A stretch of DNA of 64,000 nt, from assembly GCA_950097015.1 (NCBI GenBank), contig CATNEN010000029.1, positions 310,001 through 374,000 of the forward strand, read 5' to 3'. The position numbers and the translations under genes were made by a program. Below, one piece after another: positions 61,001 through 64,000 of the stretch; positions within the stretch are counted from its first letter, which is position 1, and the number at the start of each line of letters is the position of its first letter. The DNA comes from Macrostomum hystrix. Its lineage: Eukaryota; Animalia; Platyhelminthes. Below the pieces are notes generated by a model that was not told the DNA's origin, searched no databases, and was given only the letters and a program-made list of their open reading frames with translations.

Positions 61001-61295
61001 GGTTGTAGCCTAGTGGTTAAAGCATCGGACTCACGACTTGAAGGTCGGGGGTTCGATTCCCGACTCCACTGGAACAATTTGTGTCCTTTAGCAAGACACT
61101 TAACTCTGCATTGCTTCAGTTCACCCAGCTGTTAAACGGGTACCAGCATTAGCTGGGTGTGGCGTCCCCCAGTCCATGGACTGAACAGCTGTACGCAGCC
61201 TTCAGATGCGCCGCGCAATAGCTGCGGCTGTGCTGTCGGCTGCACATCTGACCCAATTGGGGGAGGTGTAATCAGTTATTATTAATTATTATTAT
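61001..61295 (+). mobile_element. Full-length tRNA-headed CORE-like SINE with (ATT)n tail and 9-bp TSD TGTATTCAG
   Basis: A box TAGCCTAGTGG, B box GGTTCGATTCC, central GTGTCCTTTAGCAAGACACTTAACTCTGCATTGCTTCAGTTCACCCAGCTGTTAAACGGG. TGTATTCAG occurs at 60989-60997 and 61296-61304. Confidence 0.93.
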
Positions 61296-61449
61296 TGTAT
61301 TCAGGGTTTTGTACTCTCTTTTCTTCAGTCTTCTTAGATAAATTTTGTCATCAGTTCTATCTCGCCTTTTGAGGCTGTTATCCGCCTTCTGTTACCTAGG
61401 TGTTGGTTTCCTTCTGTATTCGGAGCTGTGTTGATGAAAATTAAGGTAT

Positions 61450-61930
61450 AAAATTGTCGTGAAAAATCGCGCCTTTCTCCAGCAAACCAGGCTGCTGTTC
61501 CTGATGGCTGGTCCTAATTTTTCTTGCAGTACCCATCGGTATTATTCTGAATTCACCTTGCCGCCGATTGGCACTGGCCAGTCCACCAGGACCTTCAAGG
61601 TGCTCTGCTTCCGTTTAACATTCTCAGGACTCACTGATTCCCTTGGGAGCCACTGTGCTGACTGGCGCTTGAGCTCATGATCCCACTTGTGTACCCATGT
61701 CTCATCTCTTGAGACATGCTGAAGCATCTTCTTTCAGAACTTGTCCAAGCTTTTCATGACTCTGATGTTGATTAGCCAGCCAAAACTGAAAAATTTATTA
61801 TGTATCTGACGGCGTATGGTGAAGTGACCATCTTTGCAAACGATGCTCTGTTTAACTTGATGTCATGCAGCTTGTGAGACTGCATTCGCTTTCAGACTTG
61901 TGGTACCTTTGGCCATAGACATATCCATAA
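61450..61930 (-). pseudogene. Decayed Tc1/mariner (mariner-type) transposase relic
   Basis: Minus-strand translation gives GTTSL, DGHFTIRRQI, DETWVHKWDHELKRQSAQW...KRKQSTLKVL, KVNSE and GAIFHDN. These match mariner GDETW..YDPE.K.QS.QW and LHDNA motifs. In-frame stops and frameshifts are present; no third catalytic Asp or TIRs found. Confidence 0.8.
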
Positions 61931-62512
61931 AGGAATCAATACATTTGTCAAAAATTTAGACAACAGCGAAATTTAGTTTCCGGATAGCCTCGTAGATTGT
62001 TATTGATCGTTGGTGCTCATTAGTTTATTTACTAGGCACATCAGAGCGATGGTTGAACGGAAGCGCCTTGTCTGATTATTTCCTTTCCTCTCCTTTTTGA
62101 AATGTGTTGGCTTAAAGACAACAAGGCATCTTGACGCCTCACCTAGTGGGGCTGTCTAGGCAATTCTAATGACTTCACTTTCCATAGATCTTATATTTTG
62201 TGAATTTTGACGGAACTAATTTATAACATTGGATTGGGACAGTCAATTTCCCCAACGGCGTCGCTTTCCAATTTCCATTTCCACGTTTTGGTTCAAATTA
62301 TTCCGCTTGGCACATTAGAATTAGTTAAGGATGCAGCATCTGGACTGAGGCTGCTGTTCATTTATAAAAACTTTCATAACCATCTTATCTTCTCAATTCG
62401 GGACCTTCCTTCCCAGGGGGAAATTTATGCTTTAACCAGCATCTAGGCATTGATGAACCTGTCAGCTCACAAAAAATTTGCTTAAATGACTCAAGCTTTT
62501 TCCGGCTTCTAA

Positions 62513-62858
62513 TAATAATAATAATAATAATAATTGATTACACCTCCCCCAATTGGGTCAGATGTGCAGCCGACAGCACAGCCGCAGCTAATGCGCGGCG
62601 CATCTGAAGGCTGCGTAACAGCTGTTCAGTCCATGGACTGGGGGGACGCCACACCCACCTTCAATTATCCCAGCTGATGCTGGTACCCATTTAACAGCTG
62701 GGTGAACTGAAGCAATGCAGAGTTAAGTGTCTTGCTAAAGGACGCAAATTGTTCCAGTGGAGTCGGGAATCGAACCCCCGACCTTCAAGTCGTGAGTCCG
62801 ACGCCTTAACCACTAGGCTACAACCTCTCCACTAGGCTACAACCTCTCCCAACCTCTC
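62513..62858 (-). mobile_element. Full-length CORE-like SINE (reverse orientation) with (ATT)n tail, duplicated 5' end and 11-bp TSD CCGGCTTCTAA
   Basis: Near-identical to the reverse complement of the 61001 copy. CCGGCTTCTAA occurs at 62502-62512 and 62859-62869. Confidence 0.94.
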
Positions 62859-63506
62859 CCGGCTTCTAACACTAGCCTAATAGCACTACGGCTGGAAGGC
62901 TGTATCCTCAAATACACAAGAAGAGAAGGCCTTGTGTCTCACTAAGCAACAGTTTAGTACCTATTTTAAGGACTCATTTTCGCAGAAAACTTTTACTATT
63001 AAGCTTGAATATTCTATGGCACCTTACATCCGGATCACCTGTCCATCACCTGTCCACCCGAATGCCGCATAAGTGCGTGCTGAATATTCTATGAGCTTAC
63101 TTTAAGATACATGTTTTCTGCCGTTCCCACGCCTGCAAAGTTTCCGTATTGTGTGACTGATTCCACTTCTTAGCCTAGTAACTATCGAGTAGAACAAAGA
63201 AGTAAGTCGTTGTTACTAAGTGTAATCAAGTGACCGCATGTTAGAGAATTAAATAAAGTCGTCGAGTTCACCTTTCGAATTTGAACCATGAGTTTAATTC
63301 CGACTGTCATTTTATGCAATACAAATTTAATCAGTAAGATGGTTCGGGTTGAGTAAGGATGCACAGTATTTTTAGTACATTGTGCACTTGCGGCGACACA
63401 TTGCGTTAGACATATTAGCGGGCTGTGTTTTTAGTGACTGTCGTGCACTGCTAGTGTTCTGCATTATGTGTAGCGTCTTTTGATCCTGCTGGTTCCATAA
63501 TTGCTT

Positions 63507-63790
63507 TCAATATTCCATCTCTTCGTCAGAGATCTCGCGGCCAAAGCGAAACGGCATGTGCACAGTATCGTCCCGCTTGCCCCAGCGGAACACGTTGGGA
63601 GCCCGCTTGCCCCAGCGGAACACGTTTGGAGACCTCTTGCCCCAGCGGAACACGTTGGGAGCCCGCTTGCTCTCAGGCCAATCATAATAGACCGTCTCCT
63701 CGGCCGATGGGCCCGCGAATTCAACGCCCAGAATCCTGCCCGGAGCCATTCGTTTGCCGCGCTTCAGTTCGGCCGTCGGTGAAGAATCAT
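63507..63790 (-). CDS. Last coding exon of a neuropeptide precursor: APNVFRWamide x2, SPNVFRWamide x1, DDTVHMPFRFamide x1; signal-peptide exon probably outside the window
   Basis: KR-APNVFRW-GKR-SPNVFRW-GKR-APNVFRW-GKR-DDTVHMPFRF-GR followed by an acidic tail. The frame extends upstream (DSSPTAELKRGKRM) to a pyrimidine-rich cccgcAG acceptor at 63791. Confidence 0.9.
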
Positions 63791-64000
63791 CTGCGGGACG
63801 GGATGCGCACGGGAGGCGGGATATCAGGATGGCTTAGGGCATCAAGAAATTATTCGAGGACGGAAGTGCGTCGAGTCCAGCAGCTTTTTTAATTTTCTTG
63901 TTCGGCAGTGCAGCTTCCTCAATTTGCTGTCCGTGTGCGGGAAATAATGCTGTCCGTTTGATTCGTGAAGCTAATGCACAGTATTCTAATCAAATACCAA

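Noticed and set aside
61001-61075. tRNA gene at the SINE heads (also 21401, 57513, 62825, 15656)
   Set aside because: A and B boxes are present, but the acceptor and anticodon stems do not pair, and the head continues into a shared body with a tail and TSDs.
61001-62869. Composite transposon: SINEs acting as inverted ends around mariner
   Set aside because: Each SINE has its own different TSD, so they are independent insertions; the transposase is decayed.

Overview
Eukaryotic, intron-containing, repeat-rich animal DNA. The GC-rich exons with poly-Q/A/G tracts, AT-rich spacers and minisatellite-filled introns suggest a free-living flatworm such as Macrostomum (inference only). I reconstructed nine multi-exon genes by hand from the ORF track and GT/AG sites: (1) an FMRFamide-receptor-like GPCR (-); (2) an AK5-like protein with a docking domain and two degenerate adenylate kinase domains (+); (3) a Cys-loop nAChR-type subunit with an anion-channel Pro-Ala signature (+); (4) a KDM2-like JmjC-CXXC-PHD demethylase with no visible F-box/LRR (-); (5) an ILRUN/C6orf106-like gene (+); (6, 7) two tandem RRM + extended-Tudor genes (+); (8) an iPLA2-beta/PLA2G6 orthologue (+); (9) the last exon of a neuropeptide precursor encoding three PNVFRWamides and one MPFRFamide (-). 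Also present: a candidate acidic PEDQQ-repeat protein (-), at least five copies of a tRNA-headed CORE-like SINE (two with target-site duplications), a second SINE-like element, a LINE 3' fragment, a mariner relic, and about 18 tandem-repeat arrays. Most long ORFs in the track that overlap repeats are artefacts. Strongest leads: the VFRWamide precursor, the predicted chloride-selective nAChR, a perfect 76-bp inverted copy of ILRUN coding sequence upstream of its own start, the co-oriented and possibly trans-spliced ILRUN-Tudor-Tudor-iPLA2 cluster, the AK5 pseudoenzyme with a 3'UTR array of repeated splice donors, and the truncated KDM2. No database searches or folding programs were run; splice sites are manual predictions.
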